Source of the DNA: Callorhinchus milii
Taxonomy: Eukaryota
Length of the DNA stretch: 64,000 bases
Reading direction: 5' to 3'
NCBI RefSeq assembly: GCF_018977255.1
Contig: NW_024704742.1
Location: 129,334,001 to 129,398,000 of the forward strand
Below are positions 36,555 to 48,668 of the stretch, one piece after another (the first letter of the stretch is position 1; every line of letters begins with the position of its first letter). The notes under the pieces were generated by a model. It did not search any database and was not told the origin of the DNA. It saw nothing but the letters and a program-made list of their open reading frames with translations. Position numbers and translations under genes: made by a program.

Positions 36555-37510
36555 TCTCTGTTCTTGATCTGTAAATGACCTGGACTTGGGTATAGGGAGT
36601 ACAATTTCCAAGTTTGCAGGTGATACTAAGCTAGGAAAAGTAGTAAACAGTGAGGAGGATAGTAGCACTGCAAATGGAAATGGACAGACATGTGGCAGAT
36701 GAAGTTTAATGTGGAGAAATGCAAAGTGATGTATTTTGGAAGGAAGAATGAGGAAATAGAAGCTAGGTGGTACAATCTTAAATGGGGTGAAAGAACAAGA
36801 GACCTGGGGTTTCATATAAGTAAATCTTTCAAGGTGGCAGGACAGGTAGATAAAGCTGTTAAAAAAGCATACGGGATACTAGGTTTTATAAATAGGAGCA
36901 TAGAATACAAAAGTCAGGAAGTTATGATGAACCTTTATAAAACATTGGTTAAGCCATAGCTAGAAGTACTGTGTTCAGTTCTGGGCATCACATTTTAGGA
37001 AGAATGTCAAGGCATTGGATAGGGTGCAAAGGAGATTTACCAGGATGGTACCAGGAATGAGGGACTTCAGTTATCAGGAGAGGCTGGAGAAGCGAGGATT
37101 ATTCTCCTTGGAGCAGAGAAGGTTGAGAGGAGACTTAACAGAGGTTTTCAAAATTATGAGGGGATTCGATAGGGTGAACAAGGAGAAATTATTTCCACTG
37201 GCGGGTGGGTCGGTAACCCGAAGACACCGATTTAAAATAGTTGTTAAAAGAAACAGAGGGGAGGTGAGAAATGTTTCCGAGTTGTTCGGATCTGGAATGC
37301 ATTGCCTGAAAGGGCGGTTGGAAGCTGATTCGATAACAACTTTTAAGAGAGAAGTAGATAATTATTTGGGGAGGCCAAGTTTGCAGGGCTATGGGGAGAG
37401 AGTGGATTCGTAGGATTGAATTGGATAGCTTTTATCAAAGAACTGGCACAGACACGATGGGCCCAATGGCCTCCTTCTGTGCTGTATAATTCTATGATTC
37501 TTTGATTCAA
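36555..37510 (+). mobile_element. 5'-truncated CR1 LINE
   Basis: WQMKFNVEKCKV, RVQRRFTRMVPGMR, FSLEQRRLRGDL; tail attctatgattctttgattc. Confidence 0.93.
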
Positions 37511-38090
37511 GTAGCTAGGTATCAATACTCTTGACAAATATGGTGGTCGCTGTGTGAAAAATGAATAATAATAATCCTTGCATTTGGTATAGTCCCTTAT
37601 CACTTCATTTAAGAATGTTGACCAGAGGCATGCTTGACATAACATTGTTTTCAGAGCCTTTTGAAGATGGAGAGAAAGATAGTAATGCAAAATTATCTTA
37701 GAAGAGATTTCTGGAGGACAAGGGGAGAGTGACTGAAAGCTATGTGGCGTGAAGAGAGATCAGAGACGGAAGAACAGAGGATATGAACTGGAACGTATTG
37801 AAATTAGATTAGCTTGGTGCTCAATCTAATTAAATATTATATTCTGTAATTAAGATAATGCATTTGTTATGAGGATTTGGGTTTGGGCGTGGTTTGAGGG
37901 AGGCACTTTTGATCCCATTTGTATTTGATTTGCATAAGTGTTTCAGAGTGAGAGATGGATTGAATTTGCTAAATTAAAGATGTAGATTATTGATGATAAA
38001 GCACATCAGATTGTTTAACAAATGCAATATCAGATAATTTGCATGATGATTAGAAGTTAATTACTGTGCATTTGTTTGTCATTTTAACAG

Positions 38091-38262
38091 ATAATGATGT
38101 TTTTGCTTGGGGTAATAATGCAATGGGCCAGTGTGGGCAAGGACACACATCAACACCAATCTCTAAACCGAAGAAAGTGATTGGTTTGGAAGGAATTCCT
38201 ATTCAGCAAATAACAGCTGGAACATCCCACAGCCTGGCCTGGACAGCTGCACCTACAGACAG
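38091..38262 (+). CDS. HERC1: HERC1-like coding exon 9 (last repeat of the first RCC1-like domain)
   Basis: taacag|NDVFAWGNNAMGQCGQGH...AGTSHSLAWTAAPTD|gtaata; 172 nt. Confidence 0.95.
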
Positions 38263-38338
38263 GTAATATAACTTCATAGGCTGTCCAATCATAATTTGTG
38301 TGGATTCTGAATATTGCTTGCATTTTTCTAAATAAGCT

Positions 38339-38562
38339 TATAATAATAATCCTTGCATTTAATATAGCCCCTTATCAAGTCTTTGAGATGTGTCAAAGCG
38401 CTTCACAGAATATACTGTAAAGTGGATTGACTGTATATTTTGTGGGAGAAAAGCGGCAGCCAATTGCACACAGCAGTGTCCCACAAACAGTCGTGGAGTG
38501 AGTGTCCAAATTTTTTTTTGAGGCATTATTACCCCCGGAAAAGCGATCCACCAATCGACTAA
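38339..38562 (-). mobile_element. 5'-truncated Deu-domain SINE, long subfamily
   Basis: Reverse complement of tail and core, ending in ...ccaatcgactaac as in the 35261 copy. Confidence 0.87.
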
Positions 38563-38734
38563 CAAAGAAAGAAGCTATTAGTAATCACTGAACATTCATT
38601 GTCACCTCTTTTTTTATAAATATAATCCTTGCATTTGATACAGCACCTTTCACAATGGCTTCAGAGGATTTACTGTAGGAAAGTGTGTGTTTTGTTTGTA
38701 ACCCACCCGCATTATTGTTTCTTTTTTGCTTTAG

Positions 38735-38869
38735 GCAATTGGTAGCCTGGCACAGGCCTTTCTGTGTTGATCTGGAAGAAAGTACCTTTACTTACCTTCG
38801 AACATTTTTGGAACAGTACTGTGATGGTATTAACAGTGAGGTTCCACCACTGCCTTTCTCCTCTCAAAG
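38735..38869 (+). CDS. HERC1: HERC1-like coding exon 10
   Basis: tttag|QLVAWHRPFCVDLEESTFTYLRTFLEQYCDGINSEVPPLPFSSQ|gtaatg; 135 nt. Confidence 0.95.
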
Positions 38870-38981
38870 GTAATGTTAGATAAATCTAAGACGAACCTGT
38901 GATTTGATTATCTGTACCCTCCATTACTTCACATTGCTTTGAATAGTGGGAAATTACACCCTGACCATCAATGCATGCACA

Positions 38982-39198
38982 CTTACTGAATCGTGAGAAA
39001 TGTAGTCTTGATCAGGAGAACTGCATACATGCACAGAAGAACTTCATTTTCATGAAATTCCATAAAATGCATGCACCAATTGGTCAATACACATTGAATC
39101 ACAGGAAATGTAGTCTTGACCCATTACTGCACTTATGGACTGCATTGAATTACTCATGCAATAATGGGTCAAGACTGCATTTCTCGTGATTCAATAAG
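38982..39198. mobile_element. MITE-like foldback element
   Basis: TTGAATCACAGGAAATGTAGTCTTGACCCATTA (39094) inverted against TAATGGGTCAAGACTGCATTTCTCGTGATTCAA (to ~39194); an extra left-arm copy at 38982. Confidence 0.6.
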
Positions 39199-39615
39199 AG
39201 TTGCAGCCAAACTGTATAAATCATATGAAGCAGTTTATTGATTGAATTAGATTTTATATGACTTGTACAGTTTGTCTACAACTCAGGCTTCACGTAAATC
39301 ATATTAAATGTTATTGTCCTGACTGATACAACTTATGTGAATGCTGTATTTCGCAATCCACCATCAGTTGCAGCAAACAATTGCGCTCTATTTTCACTGT
39401 CAAAATACCGAGGGATTTACTTGATATTTTTGTGATGTTGCACTGCAGAGATGTTGATTGTGTTACACTGTAGGGGAAGTAAATAATCTCTGAAACTACA
39501 GTCATGAAAGCTTAATGTCCACTTAGTACAAATGCTGAAGAAAGCTTTGAAACGCTGCCAACAGTATCTCAGTATGTCCTACTTGACTAATAGATTTGCT
39601 TTTTGATCTTTGCAG

Positions 39616-39781
39616 AGAACACCATCACTTTGTGTTCCTTTGTTTAAAGCTGCTCTCCACTCATCTGTCACTGGCTCAAGCTGGAGGTACTGGAGCTGCT
39701 GTTCTTGGGCAACAGGGAAAACCATTGAGAAACCTGCTCTTTCGATTAATTGATTCCGATGTCCCAGATTCTATCGAAAAG
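39616..39781 (+). CDS. HERC1: HERC1-like coding exon 11
   Basis: ttgcag|EHHHFVFLCLKLLSTHLSLAQAGG...LFRLIDSDVPDSIEK|gtaact; 166 nt. Confidence 0.93.
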
Positions 39782-39928
39782 GTAACTTTTGTAAATTATT
39801 TTTATTCCAATGTTTGAGAAATGCAATTCGGGTTAGGGCCTGCAAAAAAAAGTCTTTGTGACATCCTCCTAACGTGAAAGTTGCTGTATCAAATGAAAGT
39901 ATTATTAATATTTATTTGTGTCCTGCAG

Positions 39929-40054
39929 GCAGTCAACGAAACACTTTCAGTTGGTGCATCCTTACTGTTGCCTCCTCTCAGGGAACGTACTGAATTGCTA
40001 CACTGTCTACTACCTCAAGGTCCAGAGAGATGGGAGAGCTTATCAAAAGGACAG
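39929..40054 (+). CDS. HERC1: HERC1-like coding exon 12
   Basis: ctgcag|AVNETLSVGASLLLPPLRERTELLHCLLPQGPERWESLSKGQ|gtaagc; 126 nt. Confidence 0.95.
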
Positions 40055-40505
40055 GTAAGCATGGCATTCCGCATCTCATCTGCCCACCAAGTGTGAAAGC
40101 AGTAGTGTTCCAGAGCATCCAGGTGTGAGGGGTGCTATATAAATGCAAGTTGTTGTTGCTGGAATATTATGTAGGTTCTGTTTAGTTCTTGAACATCACT
40201 GTAACTTGCAGTAGCAACAATTCTATATTTTGTTCAGCACTGTTCAGGTTTTCTGTTGTGGATAAGGCTTTGGACCTTTATAATAACCCTTCATGAATAT
40301 TGTTCTATTCCACATACTTCATTTTCCCCACGATTTCTCAACAGAATTTCTCCCCCAATCGCGTGTTGATGCTGACAACAGGAGCGTGCAAAAATAGCAG
40401 ATAGGCTTTCCCTCCACATTTTCTTCATTCTTTGCTTTCTTCACAGTCCAAGCTCAATTGAGGAAGGACTTCACAGTTTTCAAACTTGTCTTTTCTATAA
40501 GTTCT

Positions 40506-40843
40506 GGAGTCCTGTAGCTCAGTGGGTGGAGTCCTGTAGCTCAGTGGTTAGAGCACTCACTTTGCAAGTGAGAGACCTGAGTTCAATTCCAGGCAGAGGG
40601 CGAAACCTTGGGCAAGTTTCCTTACTCCACACGCCTAATAATAATTCCTCCAAAACCAAAACCAATAATAAATTGGTCATTTTCAATCTACGACTGTTTG
40701 TGGGACATTGCTGTGCACAATTGGCTGCCACGTTCGCCCACAAATATACAGTCAATTCACTTTACAGTGTGTTCTGTGAAGCGCTTTGGGACGTCCTCCC
40801 GACGTGAAAGGCGCTATATCAAATGCAAGGATTATTATATTAT
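40506..40843 (+). mobile_element. Young Deu-domain SINE with duplicated 5' end
   Basis: GGAGTCCTGTAGCTCAGTGG occurs at 40506 and again at 40528. Confidence 0.93.
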
Positions 40844-41094
40844 ATCAAAATTATTTGAAGTAAATATTTTGTAATTTAGGTGGGTGGAAAGCACCACAGA
40901 GTATTTTACATTCACAATATTTTAATTAAAAATGTTCTAGCATTGAGGCAACAAAGCCTTACAACATGTTGGTAATGTTTTTCGCACAGGTTAGTTCTGA
41001 CTGCTGTAGTTGAGCCAAAGGCTACTGTGTGTTTGAGACTTTTCTTCCCTCAAAAAATGTTGGTCAATTACATATTACACTTTGTTTTAAATAG

Positions 41095-41304
41095 AGAATG
41101 CAGTTGGATATCATACTGACGAGCCTACAAGACCAGTCCCATATCGCATCCCTTCTTGGTTACAGCTCACCTGGCGACTTAACAGAAGGCCTTTCACAGG
41201 GCTACTGTTCAGATCAGTGCTCACTCAATTCAGGAAATATTGACCACTTTCACTTAGCAGAAATCCTTTTGAAGACTCTCCTGAAGAACATAGGTTTCTA
41301 CACC
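41095..41304 (+). CDS. HERC1: HERC1-like coding exon 13
   Basis: aatag|RMQLDIILTSLQDQSHIASLLGYSSP...HLAEILLKTLLKNIGFYT|gtaagt; 210 nt. Confidence 0.93.
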
Positions 41305-41397
41305 GTAAGTGTTTTTTAAAACCTTTTCTCTCGTGCAATCAGATATTTCTTCAAACTTTCATAACCTGAATTTATGCTGCTCGTCATGTCTCAAAAG

Positions 41398-41550
41398 GAA
41401 CGGGCCTTTGGTGAATTGGAAAAGAACAGTGATAAACAACAAAATAATACAACCCAGACCGAAACTGGGCCACCTTCGCATGTCCGTCAGCTGTTGTCTG
41501 CAATGCATAAACATTTGTTGGCTCACTGTTACACAAACTCTGCTACTGAG
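41398..41550 (+). CDS. HERC1: HERC1-like coding exon 14
   Basis: Weak acceptor tcaaaag after a 93-nt intron; ERAFGELEKNSDK...HKHLLAHCYTNSATE|gtaatt; 153 nt. Confidence 0.9.
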
Positions 41551-42298
41551 GTAATTCATTGTGGGGAAACAGCGATATTTAACAGTTCTGCTATTTTTAT
41601 GGAATAATCATGGCTATGAGGTAATAACTGTATAATGATAGACCTTTCTTGGATGTCAATGTCATGAATGTGTAAGATCATCTCCATCCCTAAGAAGATG
41701 CTGAATGGAAGAGAAAATAAAGCTAGAATATTATTTTCAGATTTGCCAGGCAGCAAGACCAGAGGACACAGATACAGGGATGTAAAGAGCAATTTTAAGT
41801 CACATATGGAGGGTAACTAACAGCTGAAATGAAGTAACAGATGGGGTGGTTGAGGCCAAGCCAGTAGACTCGTTTTGTTTTAAAAAAAGGCTTGATGGTT
41901 TAATGGGTAAAAGTATAGTGGGAGGTTGAGATCAAATGGGTTCAAGGATCTTCTCCTATATCTCTTGAAATTAAAAGCAGTGTTCAACTGGGGTGTGAAT
42001 TATCAGTATGATAAAGCTTAAAAAAAGTTGATTTAATATGATTGTATATTTATCAAGGTATATGTCAGTTGCCATTGATTGTGTATAAATTCTGTGGACA
42101 ATGAAATGCTGAAATTATCTAGTTCAGCAACTTTTTTTGTTTCAATATTTCTGCTTCCAGGAGTACAAACCTTTATGTAAACCTCAGTACACCAGAATTA
42201 ATAATTTTACTAATTACTACTTCACTCATAAGTAAATATTTATTTTGCATTTTACATAAATCAGTCATTCAATTAATGTTAGCTGTTTTGTTCCCTAG

Positions 42299-42431
42299 GA
42301 TCAGTTAAGTATAGCTTTGCTGCATAAGCATTTACACCTGTTGCTGCTGTACGCAGCAGATACATACAGGAGATCTGCAGTGCTTCTGAAAGAAAGCTTC
42401 CTGGATAAAAGTGTCACCGAAAAACTGCATG
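42299..42431 (+). CDS. HERC1: HERC1-like coding exon 15
   Basis: cctag|DQLSIALLHKHLHLLLLYAADTYRRSAVLLKESFLDKSVTEKLH|gtgaga; 133 nt. Confidence 0.92.
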
Positions 42432-42591
42432 GTGAGAATCAAACCTTTATCACCTTCATAATTTAAGAATTTTCTCATAGCACATCAGTGTTTTCCATTG
42501 TAATTTCAACATTTGATATGTTGCATTCACAACTTATTCTGTCAAGAATGCAAAGCTCCTTGTTCTATACATCCTCCCAACATATCCGTAT

Positions 42592-42906
42592 GTCCTGTAG
42601 CTCAGTGGTTAGAGCACTCGTTTTGCGAGCGAGAGACCTGAGTTCAATTCCAGTCAGGGCGAAACCTTGGGCAAGTTTCCTTACTCCACACGCCTAATAA
42701 TAATCCCTCCAAAACCAAAAACAATAATAAATTGGTCATTTTCAATCTACGACTGTTTGTGGGACAATGCTGTGCGCAATTGGCTGCCGCGTTCGCCCAC
42801 AAATATACAGTCAATTCACTTTACAGTGTGTTCTGTGAAGCGCTTTGGGACGTCCTCCCGACGTGAAAAGCGCTATATCAAATGCAAGGATTATTATTAT
42901 TATTAT
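42592..42906 (+). mobile_element. Young Deu-domain SINE
   Basis: Head, core and (ATT)n tail; flanking repeat TATGTC. Confidence 0.93.
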
Positions 42907-43314
42907 GTCTGAAATAAGTAGTTGACTAGAAAATGAGCACATTCAGTAGTAATTGGAAGTAAAATGCTTTAAACATATCGGGAACAAACTGTATCAGGAA
43001 TGTAAAAAATACAAAGAAGTGAATTTTTCTTTATGAAAATGTAATGTTCTTGTTTTACATAGAAGAATTGTTCTATTAATAATACACCAGGTGGAAAGAG
43101 TGTATTTGAACTCCATAAACATATTTGTTCTTTCAAATGGCAGAATAGATGCAGGGTCAGTTTTCATAGCGGCAGATTGGAGCATTGAATAAAACTGACT
43201 AAATATTGTGCAATAAATCAGCTAATGTGAATATAAAGGTCAGGTTTAATGCACGATTAATTAATACTTTGTTTTGAAATTTTGTCGTTCACTTAATCAC
43301 ATTTTTGATTGTAG

Positions 43315-43506
43315 GTATTCTTTTCAACTCTGCTGCTGGAAGCATTTTGTGTCAGGTCATCTATTCCCTTCTGTTGTTGCCGGTCAACATGGTACGACCT
43401 TTGCTAGGCAATCTCTTGGACCTGCTTCAACCTCTTGATCGTCTTAACCGACTTTTGCCAGCTGCTATGTTACTGGAAGAGCAAGAACTCGAATGGGCGC
43501 TGCATG
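43315..43506 (+). CDS. HERC1: HERC1-like coding exon 16
   Basis: ttgtag|ILFNSAAGSILCQVIYSLLLLPV...LNRLLPAAMLLEEQELEWALH|gtcagt; 192 nt. Confidence 0.93.
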
Positions 43507-44178
43507 GTCAGTATGAAATCATTTCATTAGAGTGTATCATATAGATGTTTTATTCAGATAATATTGCATTCAGAAAAAATGGTACAATAAAAAAGACAAG
43601 CCATATCACTGTTAAAAATCACAGTTTTGACACTGGGTGGGCAGAGGCTGGCAAAGAGAAACAAAAGCATATAGTGATATGATAGTCTTGTCTGCGTTCA
43701 AGAGCATGCTAGACCTTCACATGAGAATGGGTTGTAGGAGGGAGTAACTGAATGGGTGGAGACTGGTGTGGAGTATAAAACCCGGCGCAGACTGGTTGGA
43801 CCGAATGGCCTGTTTTCGTACTGTAATTCTTTGTCTGCATTGTCTGGATACACCGCCGACTTTCTACAGCAGAAAATGGACGAAACTGAGGTCACCTCCT
43901 TGGCTCCTGTCAATGTATTCTCACCTGCAGTTCTTAACTTTCCTTGCCTATCCCTCAGACTCATCAAACCACTTTACAACCTTGGTATAATACAACCTAT
44001 TACTCACTACCTTCAGTCTACTGACTCAAGTCTAAGTGATAAAATTCAATTCCAGCAAATTGTGTTTAGGAATTTTTTTTTAAATAGTTGTTTGAAATAT
44101 TACAAACATCTTTGAAAATATACCTTTAAACCATCCCATCAGTGTTTGTGGCAAACAATATGTGCCTGTATATTTGCC

Positions 44179-44269
44179 ATTTTAATGATTATGAAATGAT
44201 CTCCCAACCCTGGAATTATTGATGGGAGATAATTCCAGGGTTGGGAGATCATTTCATAACCATTAAAAT
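44179..44269. repeat. Inverted repeat, 41-bp arms, 9-nt loop
   Basis: 44179-44219 vs reverse complement of 44229-44269, 1 mismatch. Confidence 0.95.
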
Positions 44270-44515
44270 CTGACTACATCATTATAAAATCTTTACAAAA
44301 AAATCCTAGGTAGTTTTAGTAGGTATGGTAATTACTTATTGAATCCGTTGATAAACATTTTATAATGATGGATGGACTGATGTGACACTGCTGGAAGATA
44401 GGAGGTAATTATTAACATATAAGCTGTCACCCTGTCATTCTTCAACAATCCAGCAAAATGCATACGCTGTACATTTTCATTCAGGAAGGTTTTGTGCACA
44501 ACTTATATTCTGCAG

Positions 44516-44728
44516 ACTCAGCAAACAATTCCGAAGCATCCATTCCTGCAGATGTGAGGTCTTGGATTTGGCTTATTGATATGGAGCGAACCATTTCATT
44601 CACTGTTGGCCAGTGTCTCGGGGAAATGCTGCAAGGTCCTCCATCTTCACCAGAAGAACACAACTCAGTGTATTGGCTCCAAAACCAGCTCTTCAGCAAC
44701 GGACTTGAAATGGACTCTGAGCAACTTG
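44516..44728 (+). CDS. HERC1: HERC1-like coding exon 17
   Basis: ctgcag|SANNSEASIPADVRSWIWLIDMERTI...LFSNGLEMDSEQL|gtaggc; 213 nt, phase 1-1. Confidence 0.9.
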
Positions 44729-45143
44729 GTAGGCTAATATTTTTATTGTTATCACAAAATCCTCAATTGAGCTTCCATGTGATAATCGAGTGCCCTAGCT
44801 TCTGTACTTAATATTCTGTTTATTCATTATACCTCTGAATATTTTTTTAATTATCAGTTTTTTTTAAAACCGAGAAATAGCCATGTTTGACCTCTTCTAA
44901 TTCATAAAATAGGAATCAATGAAAGTATCTAAAACTCCTATTCTTTAGGGATGTTATTATTAGATCCTTAATTGTATACATTTCATTGTGATGTTTAAAG
45001 GAAAGGGAGTGTGGTACAAAAGCCTTCGCTGGCAATGTGATTAAATTTGATGCATTCCTAACGGGCACACGACAGGGTGACTACTTCTTGGGAGAAGATG
45101 TTAAAGGTCCCTTTATATAACCGATTTTCCTTTCTTACTGCAG

Positions 45144-45317
45144 ATGCGTACATGCACTGTCTGATTGGGAAGGCATTGACTGGCTCTGCAGAACGCAAGT
45201 CCTTTGAGTTCCGAGTTGCTGAGGACATTGCAGCACTTTTGGATGTTGCGCTGGGTTCTTCTATGGAGCCCGCATATAAAATCTGGAGTAGGATGCAAGC
45301 CTATGCCACCAGTAGCG
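45144..45317 (+). CDS. HERC1: HERC1-like coding exon 18
   Basis: ctgcag|AYMHCLIGKALTGSAERKSFEFRV...IWSRMQAYATSS|gtaact; 174 nt. Confidence 0.9.
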
Positions 45318-45718
45318 GTAACTTACATCTATCATGCAGTTCTTATGTGTTGCATTTTGTTTGTAATATTAGTAGTCAGCATTTTGATGGGACAGTATTT
45401 GCAGCAAATCTAGCTTCTTGGTTGTGGTTGGTTTGAGATAAGCTCATATTAAAAAAAAAATCCAAACTGTTATGTCTTGATTGTTTTAAAACCTAGACAT
45501 CCAGCATTTGTGGATTAATTATTTGCGTGAAGTATAAGGACGGCCAGTAGTTGCATCGAATGACCCGTTTCTGTGCTATAAATGTTAAGTTTTTTTGAAT
45601 TTATTATTACTATTATCCTTGCATTTGACGTAGTTCCTAATCACATCTTAAATTATTAAATGTCCCCATTTGAGAATTTCTATTTACTTAGAAAACATTG
45701 TTAACCCATTTGTTTCAG

Positions 45719-45830
45719 AATGGGAAAACGGCGTGGTTGGAGAGCCTTTGTTGGACACAGTATCCCGATTTGTTCTTGCAGTTTTACTCAAGCACACTGG
45801 CTTATTGCGAGAGGCTTGCAAAGACGACAG
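45719..45830 (+). CDS. HERC1: HERC1-like coding exon 19
   Basis: tttcag|WENGVVGEPLLDTVSRFVLAVLLKHTGLLREACKDD|gtgagc; 112 nt. Confidence 0.93.
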
Positions 45831-46510
45831 GTGAGCGCTCTGCACATGAAGTTGGGCTGGTTTTGAAATCGTCCAAATAGCCAATACCGGCATTGGTTGA
45901 AGAAGTATAAAAATGTTAGGGCAAAAGGCATTGAGAATTGCTATGGAGTAAAAATTGCGGTAATTGTTCAATAGATTAAATTGTCATTTCTATACGTTTA
46001 ATACCTGTAAATAAATTAAGGATGATGGTTTTTGATGGCTTGGTCCAGCTCTGGTATATGCAGACTGTTAATTATACCGATCTGACATGTTATTACGGTG
46101 TAAATTGTACAATCTCTTAACAAATTAACATTTGCAAGATGAATATGTACACCTAGTGTTTTCAATTGTTGGTCATGTCTCCACAAAATACTATGATGTA
46201 CAATATTCCTATTTGACTTATTTCAATAAGATGTATTGGAATGATTGATTTTCCTCCCTGAATTTATAAGATTAGTTTAGATGAAGAAGGCCCTTCCTCA
46301 TCCCTCCAGAATACCCATCCTATTATCCTCTCATCGCAGTATCTCAAGCTGCATTTTAAATGAGTCCGTTGTCCTGGCCTCAACCACCTTTCTGGCAACT
46401 TGTTCCAGTTGTTAATTATCTCTAACAAAAGTATCTGACCTAAAATTGCCTTTTGCAACAATAAACCTATGTCCTCTTGTTCTACTGCCTTATAGTATTC
46501 ATTCATTTGT

Positions 46511-46828
46511 GGAGTCCTGTAGCTCATGGTTAGAGCACTCGCTTTGCAAGTGAGAGACCTGGGTTCAATTCCAGGCAGAGGGCGAAACCTTGGGCAAGTT
46601 TCCTTACTCCACACAGAGCCTAATAATAATCCCTACAAAACAATAATAAATTGGTCATTTTCAATCTACGACTGTTTGTGGGACACTGCTGTGCGCAATT
46701 GGCTGCCGCGTTTCACCCACAGACATACAGTCAATTCACTTCACAGTCTATTCTGTGAAGCTCTTCGAAACGTCGAGAAGATGTGAAAAGCGCTATATCA
46801 AATGCAAGGATTATTATTTATTATTATT
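46511..46828 (+). mobile_element. Young Deu-domain SINE
   Basis: Full head, core and tail. Confidence 0.92.
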
Positions 46829-47505
46829 CTGGGCAAACTTTTTCAAACCCATTTAAAATGTTAATCACTTCTATAAGGTCCTCTCTGTGTTGTATTCTCA
46901 AGACTGAAGAACTCTAGTTTGTGGAATGGTGGCTCAGAGCTTGTTCCTCTTAACAGTGAGGATCAATCTTGTTGCTATCTTTTGCGTTCCCTCTTGGGCT
47001 TGGGTCAGTTCATTTTTGTCAACGGTAACCAAAACTGTGTTTCTCAGTCAACTCGGCAAAGTGTAGTATTTATCAACATGTTTATCATAGGGTGAATGGT
47101 GGGATTAATTTTTTTTAGTAAAAATCATAAAGATGCATGGAACTGAAGCAATATACATCTTCAGGTATGACTGCTATTCACTGTCCACGTTCACAAGGGA
47201 AGAACGATCATTTGAACAATGTATTGGTAGGCCATTGTCGCTGTAGAACCATAACCCTATATAACTGACTGCTTCTGGTGGGGGAAAAAAAGACAATAGA
47301 TAGAATGCAATTTGTTTAAGGACAATTCATAGAAGTAAACATTTTATTCTGATAGTTCTCTTGCTTGGCTATGAGTAAAAAGCAGTCAGTGAAACAGAGG
47401 ATGTTTGGGATACAAACTTATTATTCACTCAGAATTTTTGATGTATGTAAAATATGGAACTGCACACTGGAAAACAAGTATAGTATGTGCCACATTCTTT
47501 CTCAG

Positions 47506-47632
47506 GTCTCAGCCCAGCGAGAGACTTGTGGAAGTTTATCAATGTGTCTACAAGGCAAGAAGCACTATACTGGCTCAGAAGAACGTTGTCTATAACACAG
47601 CAAATGTCCAGCCTCCAAATTGGTCCAGACAG
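47506..47632 (+). CDS. HERC1: HERC1-like coding exon 20
   Basis: tctcag|SQPSERLVEVYQCVYKARSTILAQKN...PNWSRQ|gtaaaa; 127 nt. Confidence 0.9.
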
Positions 47633-48668
47633 GTAAAACCATGACCCTTATAGTGTTTAATATCAGCCTGGCTCAGTGATAACATTCTCACCTCTGAGTC
47701 AGAACGTTGTGGGTTCAAGCCCCAATTTGGGATTTGAAACTTGTGTAGTCTGGGCTGACACTCTAATGCAATACTGCGAGAGGGCTGCATTTTTGGGGTG
47801 GTTTCTACCTCATTAGGTAGATGTTAAAGATTCCCATGGCATTATTTATTATTCAAATTTTTAAAAATTAAAAAAAGGGATTTTTCCCAGAATCCTGGCC
47901 AAAATTCCACATATAAAAAAAAGTGATCTTTCACTTCATGACTGTTTTCAGGTGTTTCAGCTAAATCTAGATACCTTTCAATGTATTTCCTCATTTTCTA
48001 ATTCTAAAACCTCAATCTCTTCACATTACCTTAACAAGCCCTTTCTGACCGCCCAGAGCTTTTAGCATTTTTATTCCATTACCCAGGCAAGTTGGGTTGT
48101 ATAAATCGCTGATCTCTGGGAAACGGAAACAAATTTACTAAAAGTGTACTATTCAGAAGAAAATAAAGCCATTAAAGCATGATTAAAACAAATTGATTTA
48201 GACAAATTGATTTCAAATGGAATGCCTGATTTGTGTTACCCTAAAGCTCCTCCTCTGGGGAAGGAGATGTGGATAGAGCGACTATGTCATGGTTATTGAA
48301 ATTCAAGTACATTAAAAGTCTTTTGATGACTTTCATCATGGTTATTTTGTAAAGTAAATTAAGACACATGAAATAAAGTTGAAGGGTTTCTTCACAAAAT
48401 CCTCGTATTAATATTCCCCTACTTTGATCAAAAGTTCTGAAGTTCATCAAATGAACCAGAGCATTTATTATAGGGCCTGTGACTTGGGTTCCTTATAAAG
48501 AGTTCTTAAGGATCAAGGCAGCCCTTATTTTATTTAGTTAGAAAGCAACCTTTAACCTGACAGTATAAAGTAGGATAACGTATAGAGAAATCAGTTAGGA
48601 TAACGTAAACAAATGTATATCACCTTAATGAATAGTTGTCACCACATTTAACCCAAGTTCTTTTTCAG

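Noticed and set aside
44480..44515. Upstream acceptor ttcag|gaa extending coding exon 17
   Set aside because: It is phase 0 relative to the reading frame, while the upstream donor is phase 1.
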